Positions 7,815 to 17,853 of a stretch of DNA of 64,000 bases are shown here, piece by piece. The position numbers and the translations under genes are program-made. Within the stretch, counting starts at the first letter, position 1, and each line of letters begins with the position of its first letter. Origin of the DNA: Candidatus Aminicenantes bacterium (GTDB lineage Bacteria; Acidobacteriota; Aminicenantia; Aminicenantales; Saccharicenantaceae); the NCBI GenBank assembly GCA_963809345.1, contig CAWEJF010000006.1, positions 21,242-85,241 on the forward strand. Reading direction: 5' to 3'. The notes beneath the pieces are model-generated. The model was given only the letters and a program-made list of their open reading frames with translations, made no database searches and was not told the DNA's origin.

Positions 7815-9668
7815 TTATCTGTCGGCGAAAGTGTAGATGGTCATGTAGCCGTGCTGGCTGATCTTGGCGATGAGGTCGCCGCTGACCTTCTCCACGCTGT
7901 CGCTCGGCTGGTGGTAATCGGACGTCATGGCCGCCATGTAGTACACATAGGGGACCTTGATCGCGGCGAACGACGAGTGGTCGGAGCCGCCGCCGCCGAC
8001 GCCCAGGGCGTTGAAACGGAAGTACAGGTCAAGGCCGACGTACTGGTTCATCTCCCGGGCGATGTCGGCGAAGGGCGTGCCCTCTGTCAGGTTGACGCTG
8101 ACGAACCAGGGGGCGCGGATCTTCTTGACCAGCTCTTCGGCGCCGGGGACATTGAAGGCCCGGGCCGTGCGAGCGAGCATCTCGGCGTCATAGGGCCGGC
8201 TGATCATGTCGTAGTTGAGGTAGCCGACCGTTTTGGCGATCGGGAAGGCGGGATTGAAAGCGTAGTAGCGCGACCCGAGGAGGCCTTCCTCCTCGCCCGT
8301 CCACAGCGCGAAGACGATCGAGCGCTTGGGCTTGACCGGGCTCGCGGCGATGGCCTTGGCGATGTTCAGGACGCCGACCGAGCCGGAGCCGTTGTCATCC
8401 GCGCCGTTCCAGACATAGCCGTCCCAGGCCCCGTTGTGATCGTAGTGGGCGCCGACAACGAAGTATTCGCCCTTGAGAGTGGGGTCGGAGCCCTCGATGA
8501 TGCCGAGGACATTCGTGCCGCGCACGAGCGCGGTCTTGGACGTCGTGGCGACGGTCATCTTGGCGCCGGGGACGTCCATCGAGGCCGGCTTCATGGTCGA
8601 CTCGATTCTCTTCTTGAGGTCGTCGATCGACTGGCCCGTTCCCACGAGGAGGAAGTCGGCCATCTCGCGGGTGATCTGGGTCGCTGATGCGCCGCCCCGT
8701 CCGCCCATGCCGCCCGCGACGCCGGCGAGAGAGAGCCTCCGCCGGGGCTTGTTGATGATCGGTCTATCGTCGCTGGGCTTCCGGACCATGGACAGGGCGT
8801 TATAAATGGCGGCATCGGTGCCGGCGTTGGACACCTGGACGATGGCCGCGGGCTCGAGCTTGGCGATCGCGTCGAGCTTGTTGAACCGCTGCGGGCCGCC
8901 CCGCATCATCATGGCCATCATGTCGCCCTGCGGCGCGGCCGGGAAGTACTTGTCCTTGAGCTCCTTCTTGGTCTGGAGGGGGGACTTGGGGTCGTCGCGT
9001 CCGGGCGCGTCGCTGAGCAGCAGGACGATCTTGCCTTTGAGGTTCATTCCCTTGAGCTCGTCGAAACCGATGGACGGCTCGCTGATGCCGTAGCCGACGA
9101 AGACGACGGGCGCGGTCACGGTGCCGTCGGCGCCGCCGCCCATACCGCCCATGCCACCCTGGAAGTCGAGACCGCCCTGGAAGGCCCGGGTCTTGACCAC
9201 ACCGCCCCGGCTGACCTCGATGGTGATGTCAGTCTTGGCGTCCGAGGTCTCTTTCATGGCGAATTCCTGGAAATAGGTCCTCTCCCGGGGGGTCTGAGGC
9301 GCCTGGCCCCGGCCGCCCCCCATGCGGAAGCCGCCCATCGTCATGGGCATGTCGCCGGCGGGCTTGACGCCCCACATCTTGAGGAGGGACGCGGCGTATT
9401 CCGCGGCCAGCGCGTAGCCGCGGGTCGCTGTCTCGCGTCCTTCGAGAAGGTCGGACGAGATGTAAGACAGCATCGCCAGGGTGTCCTTGGCGGTGATGGC
9501 TTCTAGGCCGGCCTTGAACTTGTCCGGCGCCGGCTGGGGCTTGTCGACCAGGCTCAGCGCCTTCTGCACATCCTCGAGCTTCATCTGCTGCTGCGGCGGC
9601 GGGCCTTGGGCCCGAAGGCCGACGATCGCGGCGAAAACGAGGACGACGGCGAGAACGTTCTTTTTCAT
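7815..9668 (-). CDS. Secreted M28 family aminopeptidase with PA domain
   Basis: GAHYDH, GADDNGSG, GEEEGLLGS, NYDMI, GSDH and YHQPSD; signal peptide MKKNVLAVVLVFAA; GGAGGT SD. Confidence 0.92.
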   Translation of the reverse strand: MKKNVLAVVLVFAAIVGLRAQGPPPQQQMKLEDVQKALSLVDKPQPAPDKFKAGLEAITAKDTLAMLSYISSDLLEGRETATRGYALAAEYAASLLKMWGVKPAGDMPMTMGGFRMGGGRGQAPQTPRERTYFQEFAMKETSDAKTDITIEVSRGGVVKTRAFQGGLDFQGGMGGMGGGADGTVTAPVVFVGYGISEPSIGFDELKGMNLKGKIVLLLSDAPGRDDPKSPLQTKKELKDKYFPAAPQGDMMAMMMRGGPQRFNKLDAIAKLEPAAIVQVSNAGTDAAIYNALSMVRKPSDDRPIINKPRRRLSLAGVAGGMGGRGGASATQITREMADFLLVGTGQSIDDLKKRIESTMKPASMDVPGAKMTVATTSKTALVRGTNVLGIIEGSDPTLKGEYFVVGAHYDHNGAWDGYVWNGADDNGSGSVGVLNIAKAIAASPVKPKRSIVFALWTGEEEGLLGSRYYAFNPAFPIAKTVGYLNYDMISRPYDAEMLARTARAFNVPGAEELVKKIRAPWFVSVNLTEGTPFADIAREMNQYVGLDLYFRFNALGVGGGGSDHSSFAAIKVPYVYYMAAMTSDYHQPSDSVEKVSGDLIAKISQHGYMTIYTFADR

Positions 9669-9747
9669 CGATACCTCCACCTCAATTTCATGGTCACGTT
9701 TTTAGACGGGGGCCGGCCGGATTTCTTCCGCGCGAGCGCCGGTCGCC

Positions 9748-9776
9748 TTGACTTCCGCCGCCGCCGTCAATATATT
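9748..9776 (+). promoter_or_regulatory. Sigma70-type promoter
   Basis: TTGACT-17 bp-TATATT. Confidence 0.55.
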
Positions 9777-9799
9777 CAGCAGGAATCCCTCGTTGGCGG

Positions 9800-10729
9800 G
9801 TGATGATGGCTCGAGGAACTCTCCTTTCGCGATACCGGGAGCTCCTCAAACCCCTGCCGATCGAGGGCCTGCCCGACCTCCTGATCTTCCGCCCTCTCGC
9901 CTATCCCATCGTCCAGGTCCTGAAGAAGCTCCCGGTCACACCGGACCAGGTTTCCTTTTCGGCGATCTCGACAGGTCTTCTGAGTGGCTTTTGCTTCGCC
10001 CTGGGGACGCCTCTGAGCTTCTCCTTGGCCGGCCTCTTCTATGCCCTCACGGCCGTCCTCGACTGCGCCGACGGGATGCTGGCCCGGCTGAAAAGATCGG
10101 GCACCCCTCTCGGGAGGATCATCGACGGCGCCGTCGACTACACCAACAGCGTGGCCGTCCTGACGGGGTTGGCCATCGGCGTGTCGAGGGCCGGGGTGTT
10201 CCCTCCGCTCGCAGCGTGGGCCGCCACGGCCCTAGCGGGAGTTTCCGTGGCCGTCCACTGCATCGTCGTCGACCATTACCGCTGCCAGTATGCTTTCCAG
10301 GTCTGGGGTACCAGGAGTTCGGTGCTCGACGAGGTCCGTTTCTACGAGGCAACGCTCGGGACACTGCGGGCGGAAGGAGGCCATCACCTGCTGCGCCCTG
10401 TCATGAGGGCCGCACTCGGCTACCACAGGCTCCAGGCCAAGGTCGCTCCGCCGCGGCGGTCGTTCGACGCCCGCGCCTATGCCCGCCTGAACCTGGCGAC
10501 CCTCCGGGCCTGGCAGATGATCGAGCTGTCCGCTCATATCGTGGTCCTCGTCGTCGCCGCCCTGCTCTTCAAGCCCCGCATCTTCTATTTCTATACGATC
10601 GTCGTCGCCAACACCTGGCTCCTGGTCATGATCCCCATCCAATTCTTCGTCAACCGGAGGGTCGCCGTCCTCAGCGCCGAGGCCGTTCCGCCGAAGGATG
10701 GACATGTTCTCGGCGATGGCATATCATGA
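9800..10729 (+). CDS. CDP-alcohol phosphatidyltransferase family membrane protein
   Basis: Signature DCADGMLARLKRSGTPLGRIIDGAVD; several hydrophobic helices. Confidence 0.88.
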   Translation: MMMARGTLLSRYRELLKPLPIEGLPDLLIFRPLAYPIVQVLKKLPVTPDQVSFSAISTGLLSGFCFALGTPLSFSLAGLFYALTAVLDCADGMLARLKRSGTPLGRIIDGAVDYTNSVAVLTGLAIGVSRAGVFPPLAAWAATALAGVSVAVHCIVVDHYRCQYAFQVWGTRSSVLDEVRFYEATLGTLRAEGGHHLLRPVMRAALGYHRLQAKVAPPRRSFDARAYARLNLATLRAWQMIELSAHIVVLVVAALLFKPRIFYFYTIVVANTWLLVMIPIQFFVNRRVAVLSAEAVPPKDGHVLGDGIS

Positions 10730-10778
10730 CCTCGAGGCGCGGGATGCGCCATAAACATCTTTTAAGAGGTTGTCGCCC

Positions 10779-12839
10779 ATGAACGTGAAAAGCTCGCTTC
10801 TCCTCGCCCTCTGTATCGGCCTCCTCGCCCTGGCCGTCGGATGCAAAAAAAAGGAACCGGAGCCCCAGCCGGCCGCGGCCGCCCCGGAATTCCAGTGGCA
10901 GATCGACCAGTTCGCCGACCTGCGGATCCTCCGCTACCAGGTGCCCGGGTTCGAGGCCCTGGCCCCGGCCCAGAAGGAGCTCGTCTATTACCTCAGCGAG
11001 GCCGCGGTATGCGGGCGGGACATCATCTTCGACGAGAACTACAAGGACAACCTCGCCGTCCGCCGGACCCTCGACGCCATCGTCCAAGGGTACAAGGGCG
11101 ACCGGACCGATCCCCGCTGGGCCGAGTTCATGGTCTACGTCAAGCGCGTCTGGTTCTCCAACGGCATCCACCACCATTATTCCAACGACAAGTTCGCGCC
11201 CGGCTTCGATGCCGACTATTTTGCCGCGCTGGTCAAGGGCTCCGAGGGCGTGAGTTTCCCCCTCGCCGAGGGCCGGACTGTCGACGACCTCGTCACATTC
11301 CTGAAGCCCATCCTCTTTGATCCCACCGTGGCCCCGAAGAAGGTCTCCCAGGACTCGACGAAGGACCTCGTCACGAACTCCGCCGTCAACTTCTATGACG
11401 GGGTCACCCAGGCCGAGGTCGAGGCCTATTATAAAGGGATCGTCGACCCGAAGGATGAGACGCCCATCTCCTACGGCCTCAACACCCGCGTCGTCAAGGC
11501 GAATGGCCGCGTTGTCGAGCAAGTCGCAAAGATCGATGGTCTCTACGGGCCGGCCATCGCCAAGATCGTCACCTGGCTGGAGAAGGCCTCAGGTGTCGCC
11601 GAGAACGACCAGCAGAGGAAGGCCATCGACGCCCTCGTCGCCTACTACCGGACCGGCGATCTCAAGACGTTCGACGCGTACAACATCCTCTGGGTCGAGG
11701 ACGTCGCCTCCCTCGTCGATTTCATTAACGGCTTCATCGAGGTCTATAGCGACCCGCTGGGCAAGAAGGCCAACTGGGAGTCGGTCGTCAACTTCAAGGA
11801 CCTGGCGGCCACGAAGCGGGCCGACACGATCTCCGCCAACGCCCAGTGGTTCGAGGACAACTCGCCGGTCGACCCCCGGTTCAAGAAGAAAGAGGTCAAG
11901 GGCGTCTCAGCTAAGGTCATCACCGCGGCCATGCTCGGCGGCGACTGCTACCCTTCGACCCCGATCGGCATCAACCTGCCCAACGCCAATTGGATCCGCA
12001 AAAACTACGGGTCGAAGTCGGTGACCATCGAGAACATCACCTACGCCTACGACCAATCCTCGCTCAAGTCACCGTTCGGCCCCGAATTCACCTATTCCGC
12101 CGAGCTCCTCGAACGGGCCAAGAAGTACGGCCCCCTCGCGGGCAACATCCACACGGACCTCCACGAGGTCCTCGGCCACGGCTCGGGCCAGCTGATGCCC
12201 GGCATCGGGTCGGAGTCCCTCAAGAACTACCACTCGGCCATCGAAGAGTCGCGCGCTGACCTCTTCGCCCTCTACTACATCATGGACGACAAGATGGTCG
12301 AGCTGGGGCTCCTGCCGGATATCGACGCGGCCAAGGCCGAATACGACCTTGATATCCGCAACGGCCTGATGACCCAGTTGACCAGGATCCAGCCCGGCAA
12401 GACGATCGAGGAGGCCCACATGCGCGCCCGGGCCATGGTCGCCCAGTGGGTCTACGAGAAGGGCAAGCCCGAGAATGTCATCGAGCGGGTCATGAAGGAC
12501 GGCAAGACCTATTTCGTCATCAACGACTACGCCAAGCTCCGCGGGCTCTTCGGCCAGCTCCTGGCCGAGGTCCAACGGATCACGAGCGAAGGGGACTACG
12601 AGGCGGCCAAGACGCTCATGGAATCCTACGGCGTCCAGGTCGATCAGGCCCTCCACAAGGAAGTCCTCGACCGCTACGCCAAGCTCCATCTCGCCCCTTA
12701 CGCCGGCTTTGTCAACCCCGTCTACACGCCCGTCGTCGAGAACGGCCGGATCGTCGACGTCAAGATCTCGCTCGAGGAAGGCTACATCGAGCAGATGCTG
12801 CGCTACGGCAGGGACTATGCGTTCCTGCCTGTCCGTTAG
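10779..12839 (+). CDS. Dipeptidyl-peptidase III (M49) lipoprotein
   Basis: Hexapeptide HEVLGH, EESRADL and PIGINLPN; lipobox LAVGC. Confidence 0.9.
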   Translation: MNVKSSLLLALCIGLLALAVGCKKKEPEPQPAAAAPEFQWQIDQFADLRILRYQVPGFEALAPAQKELVYYLSEAAVCGRDIIFDENYKDNLAVRRTLDAIVQGYKGDRTDPRWAEFMVYVKRVWFSNGIHHHYSNDKFAPGFDADYFAALVKGSEGVSFPLAEGRTVDDLVTFLKPILFDPTVAPKKVSQDSTKDLVTNSAVNFYDGVTQAEVEAYYKGIVDPKDETPISYGLNTRVVKANGRVVEQVAKIDGLYGPAIAKIVTWLEKASGVAENDQQRKAIDALVAYYRTGDLKTFDAYNILWVEDVASLVDFINGFIEVYSDPLGKKANWESVVNFKDLAATKRADTISANAQWFEDNSPVDPRFKKKEVKGVSAKVITAAMLGGDCYPSTPIGINLPNANWIRKNYGSKSVTIENITYAYDQSSLKSPFGPEFTYSAELLERAKKYGPLAGNIHTDLHEVLGHGSGQLMPGIGSESLKNYHSAIEESRADLFALYYIMDDKMVELGLLPDIDAAKAEYDLDIRNGLMTQLTRIQPGKTIEEAHMRARAMVAQWVYEKGKPENVIERVMKDGKTYFVINDYAKLRGLFGQLLAEVQRITSEGDYEAAKTLMESYGVQVDQALHKEVLDRYAKLHLAPYAGFVNPVYTPVVENGRIVDVKISLEEGYIEQMLRYGRDYAFLPVR

Positions 12840-12868
12840 ACGTCTCGGAGGATGTCGAGGAGGGGACG

Positions 12869-13123
12869 ATGGCAGAAGAAGAGATCGGGCATATCACCCA
12901 CTTTTTCCCCAAGATCAGCGTGGCCGTGATCGAGGTCACGGCCGCGTCCCTGAAGGCGGGGGAGACCATCCGGATCAAGGGCCACACGAGCGACTTCACC
13001 CAGACCGTGGATTCGCTCCAGCAGGAGCACCTGACGGTCCCCGAGGTGAAGAAGGGCGGCTCCGCGGGACTCAAGGTCAAGGAGCACGTCCGGGAAGGGG
13101 ACAAGGTCTACCGGGTCGAATAA
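12869..13123 (+). CDS. Small translation-elongation-factor-like beta-barrel protein (U32 peptidase C-terminal-like)
   Basis: IGHITHFFPKISVAVI..LKAGETIRIKG..DFTQTVDSLQ..GLKV..VREGDKVY; GAGGAGG SD. Confidence 0.8.
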   Translation: MAEEEIGHITHFFPKISVAVIEVTAASLKAGETIRIKGHTSDFTQTVDSLQQEHLTVPEVKKGGSAGLKVKEHVREGDKVYRVE

Positions 13124-13208
13124 GGCGCCTGATCCCGGGTCGTACGGGGGCGGACCGCTCCCCGCGGTCCTGAGACGGACGAGGGAAGAAAAAAGCCCTC
13201 TTGTCGTC

Positions 13209-13217
13209 TGATATAAT
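13209..13217 (+). promoter_or_regulatory. Extended -10 promoter of the RND operon
   Basis: TG-A-TATAAT; no recognisable -35. Confidence 0.5.
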
Positions 13218-13251
13218 GGTTCTTTAAGTCTAGCATTGCGCGAGGTCCGAC

Positions 13252-14502
13252 TTGGCTAAAGTCAACTGGAACACCGTCTGGAATAAGCTCTGGGCGAAAA
13301 AGGCCCGGCCGTTCACGCTCCTGGCCCTCCTCTTCCTCATCTTCCTGATCTGGCAGATCATTTCCCGGCTCCCGGGCGGCGGCGCGACGGGCGGCCCGCG
13401 CGGGGCTGCGGTCGCCGTCGAGATCGCGGCCGTCGAGCGCGGAAGCATCCGCGACATCGGTACGTTTTCGGGGACCCTGATCCCGAAATCCTATTTCACC
13501 ATCGTCCCGAAGATCTCCGGCCGGCTCAAGGAGCTCTACGTGGACATCGGGGACGGGCTCTCGCGCGGCCAGCTCGTAGCCCTGCTCGAGGACGAGGAAT
13601 ACCAGCAGCAGGTCCTCCAGGCCGATGCCGACCTGGGTGTGGCCAAGGCCAACCTGGAAGAGGCCGCGGCCTCTCAAGAGCTGGCGCAGAAGGAGCTCGA
13701 GCGGGCCCGGACCCTTCACGCGAAAGGCATCCTCTCGGACGCCGAGCTCGAGGCGGCGGTGTCCTCCTTCGGGACGCGTAATGCGCGCCATAAGGTCACC
13801 CTCGCTCAGCTGGCGAACCAGCAGGCGGCCCTGGAAACAGCCAAGGTCCGGCTGTCCTACACCCGGATCCGAGCCGCCTGGGAGACGGGGGGCGATGTCC
13901 GCTTCGTCGGGGAGCGCTTCGTCAATCCCGGGTCCATGCTCTCGTCGAATACGGCCATCCTGTCGGTCATCGAGCTCCAGCCGATCACGGCGGTCATCCA
14001 CGTCACGGAAAAGGACTATTTCCGGCTCAAGTCCGAGCAGCCCGTCCTCCTGACGAGCGGAGCCTACCCGGGGCGGGAGTTCCACGGTGTCGTGGCCCGG
14101 GTCGCCCCGCTCCTTAAGGAGACCTCCCGTGAGGCTCGGGTCGAAGTCGAGGTCGACAACGCCGACGGCGCCCTCAAGCCCGGCATGTTCGTCAACGCCC
14201 GGATCGAGTTCATCAACCGCGCGGACGCGATCATCGTCCCGACCAGCGCCGTCGTCAACCGCGGCGCCCTGCAAGGCCTGTTCCTGGCCGATCTCGAAGC
14301 CAAGAAGGCCGTCTTCCAGCCCGCGACCGTGGGCATCATCGAGGGCGACCGGGCCGAGATCGTCGAGCCGGCCCAGCTTCAGGGCTATGTTGTCACGCTC
14401 GGCCACCACCTCCTCGAGAACGGCACGCCGATCATCCTGCCCGCGGACGCCCCCGGGGCCGCTGCGCCGGCTTCGAAGCAAGATCCTGGAGACAAGCGAT
14501 GA
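13252..14502 (+). CDS. RND efflux periplasmic adaptor (MFP) subunit
   Basis: N-terminal TM, lipoyl/hairpin motifs (PKISGRLKELYVDIGD), LKPGMFV; ATGA overlap with the permease. Start uncertain (TTG). Confidence 0.9.
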   Translation: MAKVNWNTVWNKLWAKKARPFTLLALLFLIFLIWQIISRLPGGGATGGPRGAAVAVEIAAVERGSIRDIGTFSGTLIPKSYFTIVPKISGRLKELYVDIGDGLSRGQLVALLEDEEYQQQVLQADADLGVAKANLEEAAASQELAQKELERARTLHAKGILSDAELEAAVSSFGTRNARHKVTLAQLANQQAALETAKVRLSYTRIRAAWETGGDVRFVGERFVNPGSMLSSNTAILSVIELQPITAVIHVTEKDYFRLKSEQPVLLTSGAYPGREFHGVVARVAPLLKETSREARVEVEVDNADGALKPGMFVNARIEFINRADAIIVPTSAVVNRGALQGLFLADLEAKKAVFQPATVGIIEGDRAEIVEPAQLQGYVVTLGHHLLENGTPIILPADAPGAAAPASKQDPGDKR

Positions 14503-17500
14503 AGCTCTCGGAATTCTCCATCCGCCGGCCCATCTTCACCTGGATGGTGACGCTCGTCGTCATCATCATCGGGCTCGTGTCGCTCTCGCGCCTGCCCGTC
14601 GATCTCATGCCCGAGATCGTCTACCCCACCCTCAACGTCAACGCCTCCTATCCGAACACGGGACCCGAGGAGATCGAGGAGATCATCACCCGGCCGATCG
14701 AGGAGGCCCTGAGCGCCGTGCCCGGGGTCGAAGAGGTCTTCTCCTCCTCTTCGGAAGGCTCGAGCTCCGTCCGCATCATGTTCGCCTGGGGGACCAACCT
14801 CGACGCCGCGGCCGACGACGTCCGGGAGCGCCTCGACCGGATCGTGGGCCGCCTGCCCGACGAGGTCGACCGGCCGACCCTGCGCAAGTTCGACCCGGCC
14901 CAGCAGCCCATTCTGCAGTTCGGGGCCCTCAGCAACCTCGATCCCGTCCAGGCCCGGCGCATCATCGACGAGCAAATCGCCTACCGGCTCGAGCGCGTGG
15001 CCGGGGTCGCCTCCGTCGATGTCTTCGGCGGCCGCCAGCGCGAGATCCAGGTCAACCTCGACCCGCTCAAGCTCAAGGCCCTGGGACTGCCCCTCAACGT
15101 CATCACCAGCAAGATCCGCCAGGAGAACGTCGACATGCCGGCGGGGGTCATCGAGCGGGGCAACTACGAGATCCTTCTCCGCATCCCCGGCGTCTTCACC
15201 AACCTGGACCAGCTCCGGGACACGGTCGTCGCCGTCAGGGACGGCGTGCCCATCCAGCTCCGCGAGATCGCCAGCGTCGATGACACGTTCCAGCGCGTCA
15301 CTCGCGTCGCCCGCATCAACGACAGGGAAGGGATGCGCCTGGCCGTCTACAAGCAGTCGGGCCAGAACACGGTCAATGTCGCCGAGCGCGTCCTGAAGGA
15401 GATCACCGAGATCCAGCGGGACATCCCCCAGATCGAGCTCCTGCCCACGTCGAACAGCGCCGAATACATCCGCCGGGCCATCAACAACGTCGGCTCGTCC
15501 GCCATCTGGGGCAGCGTGCTGGCCATCCTGGCGCTGCTCGTCTTCCTGGTCAACATCCGCAGCACGCTGGTCGTGGCCATCTCCATCCCCATCTCGCTCG
15601 TCGGGACCATCGCCCTGATCTACTTCGGCGGCTTCACCCTGAATACGATGACCCTCGGGGCCCTGGCCCTCGGCATCGGCCAGCTCATCGACAGCTCCAT
15701 CGTCGTCCTGGAGAACATCTACCGCATGGAGGAGGGCGGCGTCCCGCCCCTCAAGGCTTCGATCGACGGGGTGAACGAGGTGGCCGCGCCCATCGCGGTC
15801 GGGGCCATCACGACCTGCGTCGTCTTCCTGCCCATGATCTTCATGCGAGGCATGTCGGGGGTCATGTTCAAGCAGCTGGCCTACGTCGTCAGCTTCGCCA
15901 ACTTGATGGGCCTGTTCGTGGCCCTGACCATGATCCCCATGCTCTCGAGCCGGCTCATCCGCGTCGTCAAACCGGTCGATCCGAACACCCGGAAGCCCTT
16001 GGAGCGGCTGGCCAACATGTTCCTCAACGGATTCCGCAAGCTGGAGAACTGGTACAAGCGGCTGCTCCACAAGGCCCTGGACCACCGCGTCCTCGTCTTG
16101 GGCAGCGTCGCGGCCCTGCTCATCGGCTGCCTGTTCCTCATCCGTCTCGTCGGGACCGAGTTCATGCCGGCGACCGACGAGAACGAGGTCCGCGTCTCGC
16201 TTGAAATGGAGGTCGGGACCCGGCTCGAGGTCATGGGCAAGACGTTCGCCACGGCCACGGAGATCGTCAAGCAGGCCGTGCCCGAGATCGTCAGCCGCGA
16301 GGATAGCTTTGGCGGCGGCGGCTGGCGCAGCGGCGCGAACACGGGCAATATGACCCTCAAGCTCGTGCCGCGGGACAAGCGTTCGCGGTCGACCGAGGAG
16401 ATCGCGATCGACCTCCGCAAGAAGCTTTCCAACATCCCCGGCACGGTCGTCCGGACCCGGGCGAGCGGCGGCCAGATGATGTTCGGCATGCGCGGCGGCG
16501 GCGGCCAGGAGCGGCTCCAGATCGAGATCCGCGGCTACGACCTCGCCATGTCCGAGGCCCTGGCCAGGCAGGTCCAGGAGGTCGTCAAGACGGTCCGGGG
16601 CGTCACCGACACCCGCGTCAGTCGCGAGGTCGGCAATCCCGAGGAGCTCCTCGTCATCGACCGCCAGGCCGCGGCCGACATGAAGCTCTCGGTCAGCGAG
16701 ATCGGCCAGTCCATCCAGACCGTCCTTTCGGGGACCCAGGCCAGCTACTTCCGCGAGGCCGGACGCGAGTTCCGCATCCTCGTCAAGGTCAAGGACTCGG
16801 AGTTCCTGAACGTCCAGGACATCCTCGATCTGACCGTGTCCAACTCCGAAGGCGAGCAGATCAGCCTGCGCAACGTCATCGCCACCCGGCCCCGGCGGGG
16901 GCCGATCCGCATCGAGCGCCGGGACCGCGAGCGCGTCGTGACCGTCTCCGGCGAGATCGCCGGCCGTGACCTCGGGTCGGTCATCGCCGACGCGCAGGGG
17001 GCCCTGCGGTCGATCCCCATCCCCCGGAACTTCAGCATCGGCTTCACCGGCGACTACGAGGAGCAGCAGAAGGCGAACAAGGAGCTGCTGCGGAGCATCA
17101 TCCTGGCCCTCATCCTCGTCTACATGATCATGGCCATGCTCTACGAATCGCTCCGCGATCCCTTCATCGTCATGTTCTCCGTTCCCCTCGCGGCCATCGG
17201 GGTCATCCTGACGCTCTTCCTGACCAAGACGAGCTTCAACATGCAGTCGTACATCGGCCTCATCATGCTCGGCGGCATCGTCGTCAACAACGCCATCATC
17301 ATCGTCGACTACACGAACCTCCTGCGGCAGCGCGACAAGATGCCCATCCGCGAGGCGATCGAGGAGGCCGGGCGGCGCCGGCTGCGGCCCATCCTGATGA
17401 CGGCTTTCACGGCCATCATGGCCACCTTCCCGCTGGCCCTGGGGCTCGGCGAGGGCGGCGAAGCCCAGGCCCCCCTGGCCCGGACGGTCATCGGCGGGCT

Positions 17501-17624
17501 ACTGAGCTCGACCCTGATCACACTCATCGTCGTCCCGGTCGTCTATAACATTTTCGAGGACTTCAGGCGGAAGAAGGAGCACGGCGAGGAAACCAACGGG
17601 GCCGCCAAGATCGCGGACGCGTGA
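14499..17624 (+). CDS. RND efflux permease (HAE1/AcrB-MdtB-like)
   Basis: [34 protein letters not shown] and [10 protein letters not shown]; 1041 aa. Confidence 0.95.
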   Translation: MKLSEFSIRRPIFTWMVTLVVIIIGLVSLSRLPVDLMPEIVYPTLNVNASYPNTGPEEIEEIITRPIEEALSAVPGVEEVFSSSSEGSSSVRIMFAWGTNLDAAADDVRERLDRIVGRLPDEVDRPTLRKFDPAQQPILQFGALSNLDPVQARRIIDEQIAYRLERVAGVASVDVFGGRQREIQVNLDPLKLKALGLPLNVITSKIRQENVDMPAGVIERGNYEILLRIPGVFTNLDQLRDTVVAVRDGVPIQLREIASVDDTFQRVTRVARINDREGMRLAVYKQSGQNTVNVAERVLKEITEIQRDIPQIELLPTSNSAEYIRRAINNVGSSAIWGSVLAILALLVFLVNIRSTLVVAISIPISLVGTIALIYFGGFTLNTMTLGALALGIGQLIDSSIVVLENIYRMEEGGVPPLKASIDGVNEVAAPIAVGAITTCVVFLPMIFMRGMSGVMFKQLAYVVSFANLMGLFVALTMIPMLSSRLIRVVKPVDPNTRKPLERLANMFLNGFRKLENWYKRLLHKALDHRVLVLGSVAALLIGCLFLIRLVGTEFMPATDENEVRVSLEMEVGTRLEVMGKTFATATEIVKQAVPEIVSREDSFGGGGWRSGANTGNMTLKLVPRDKRSRSTEEIAIDLRKKLSNIPGTVVRTRASGGQMMFGMRGGGGQERLQIEIRGYDLAMSEALARQVQEVVKTVRGVTDTRVSREVGNPEELLVIDRQAAADMKLSVSEIGQSIQTVLSGTQASYFREAGREFRILVKVKDSEFLNVQDILDLTVSNSEGEQISLRNVIATRPRRGPIRIERRDRERVVTVSGEIAGRDLGSVIADAQGALRSIPIPRNFSIGFTGDYEEQQKANKELLRSIILALILVYMIMAMLYESLRDPFIVMFSVPLAAIGVILTLFLTKTSFNMQSYIGLIMLGGIVVNNAIIIVDYTNLLRQRDKMPIREAIEEAGRRRLRPILMTAFTAIMATFPLALGLGEGGEAQAPLARTVIGGLLSSTLITLIVVPVVYNIFEDFRRKKEHGEETNGAAKIADA

Positions 17625-17640
17625 CAGTCGGGGCTGAACA

Positions 17641-17798
17641 CTCGAAGCCGCGATTCTGCGAGACATCTGAGAAGAGTGTTTCTCTCAAGATACTTCCCAG
17701 AATAACGGCTTCGAGCCGCTCCGCCGCCATTCTGGAGCTCCGCTCCGAGGACTTCGCTACGCGCCGATCCCTCGCCGCCTCGAGAGGATTCCCGGCTT
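17641..17798. repeat. Structured intergenic repeat (MITE/REP-like), related to the elements at 39.4 kb and 53.5 kb
   Basis: Inverted repeat CTCGAAGCCG(17641-17650)/CGGCTTCGAG(17706-17715) encloses further stems; shares the TCGCCGCCTCGAGA end motif with the other copies. Confidence 0.55.
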
Positions 17799-17805
17799 CA
17801 TCGGA

Positions 17806-17834
17806 TTGACGCCCCGTCCGATTGCGGCTATTAT
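17806..17834 (+). promoter_or_regulatory. Sigma70 promoter of rsgA
   Basis: TTGACG-17 bp-TATTAT. Confidence 0.6.
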
Positions 17835-17853
17835 GCCCGACGGATCAATTCAC

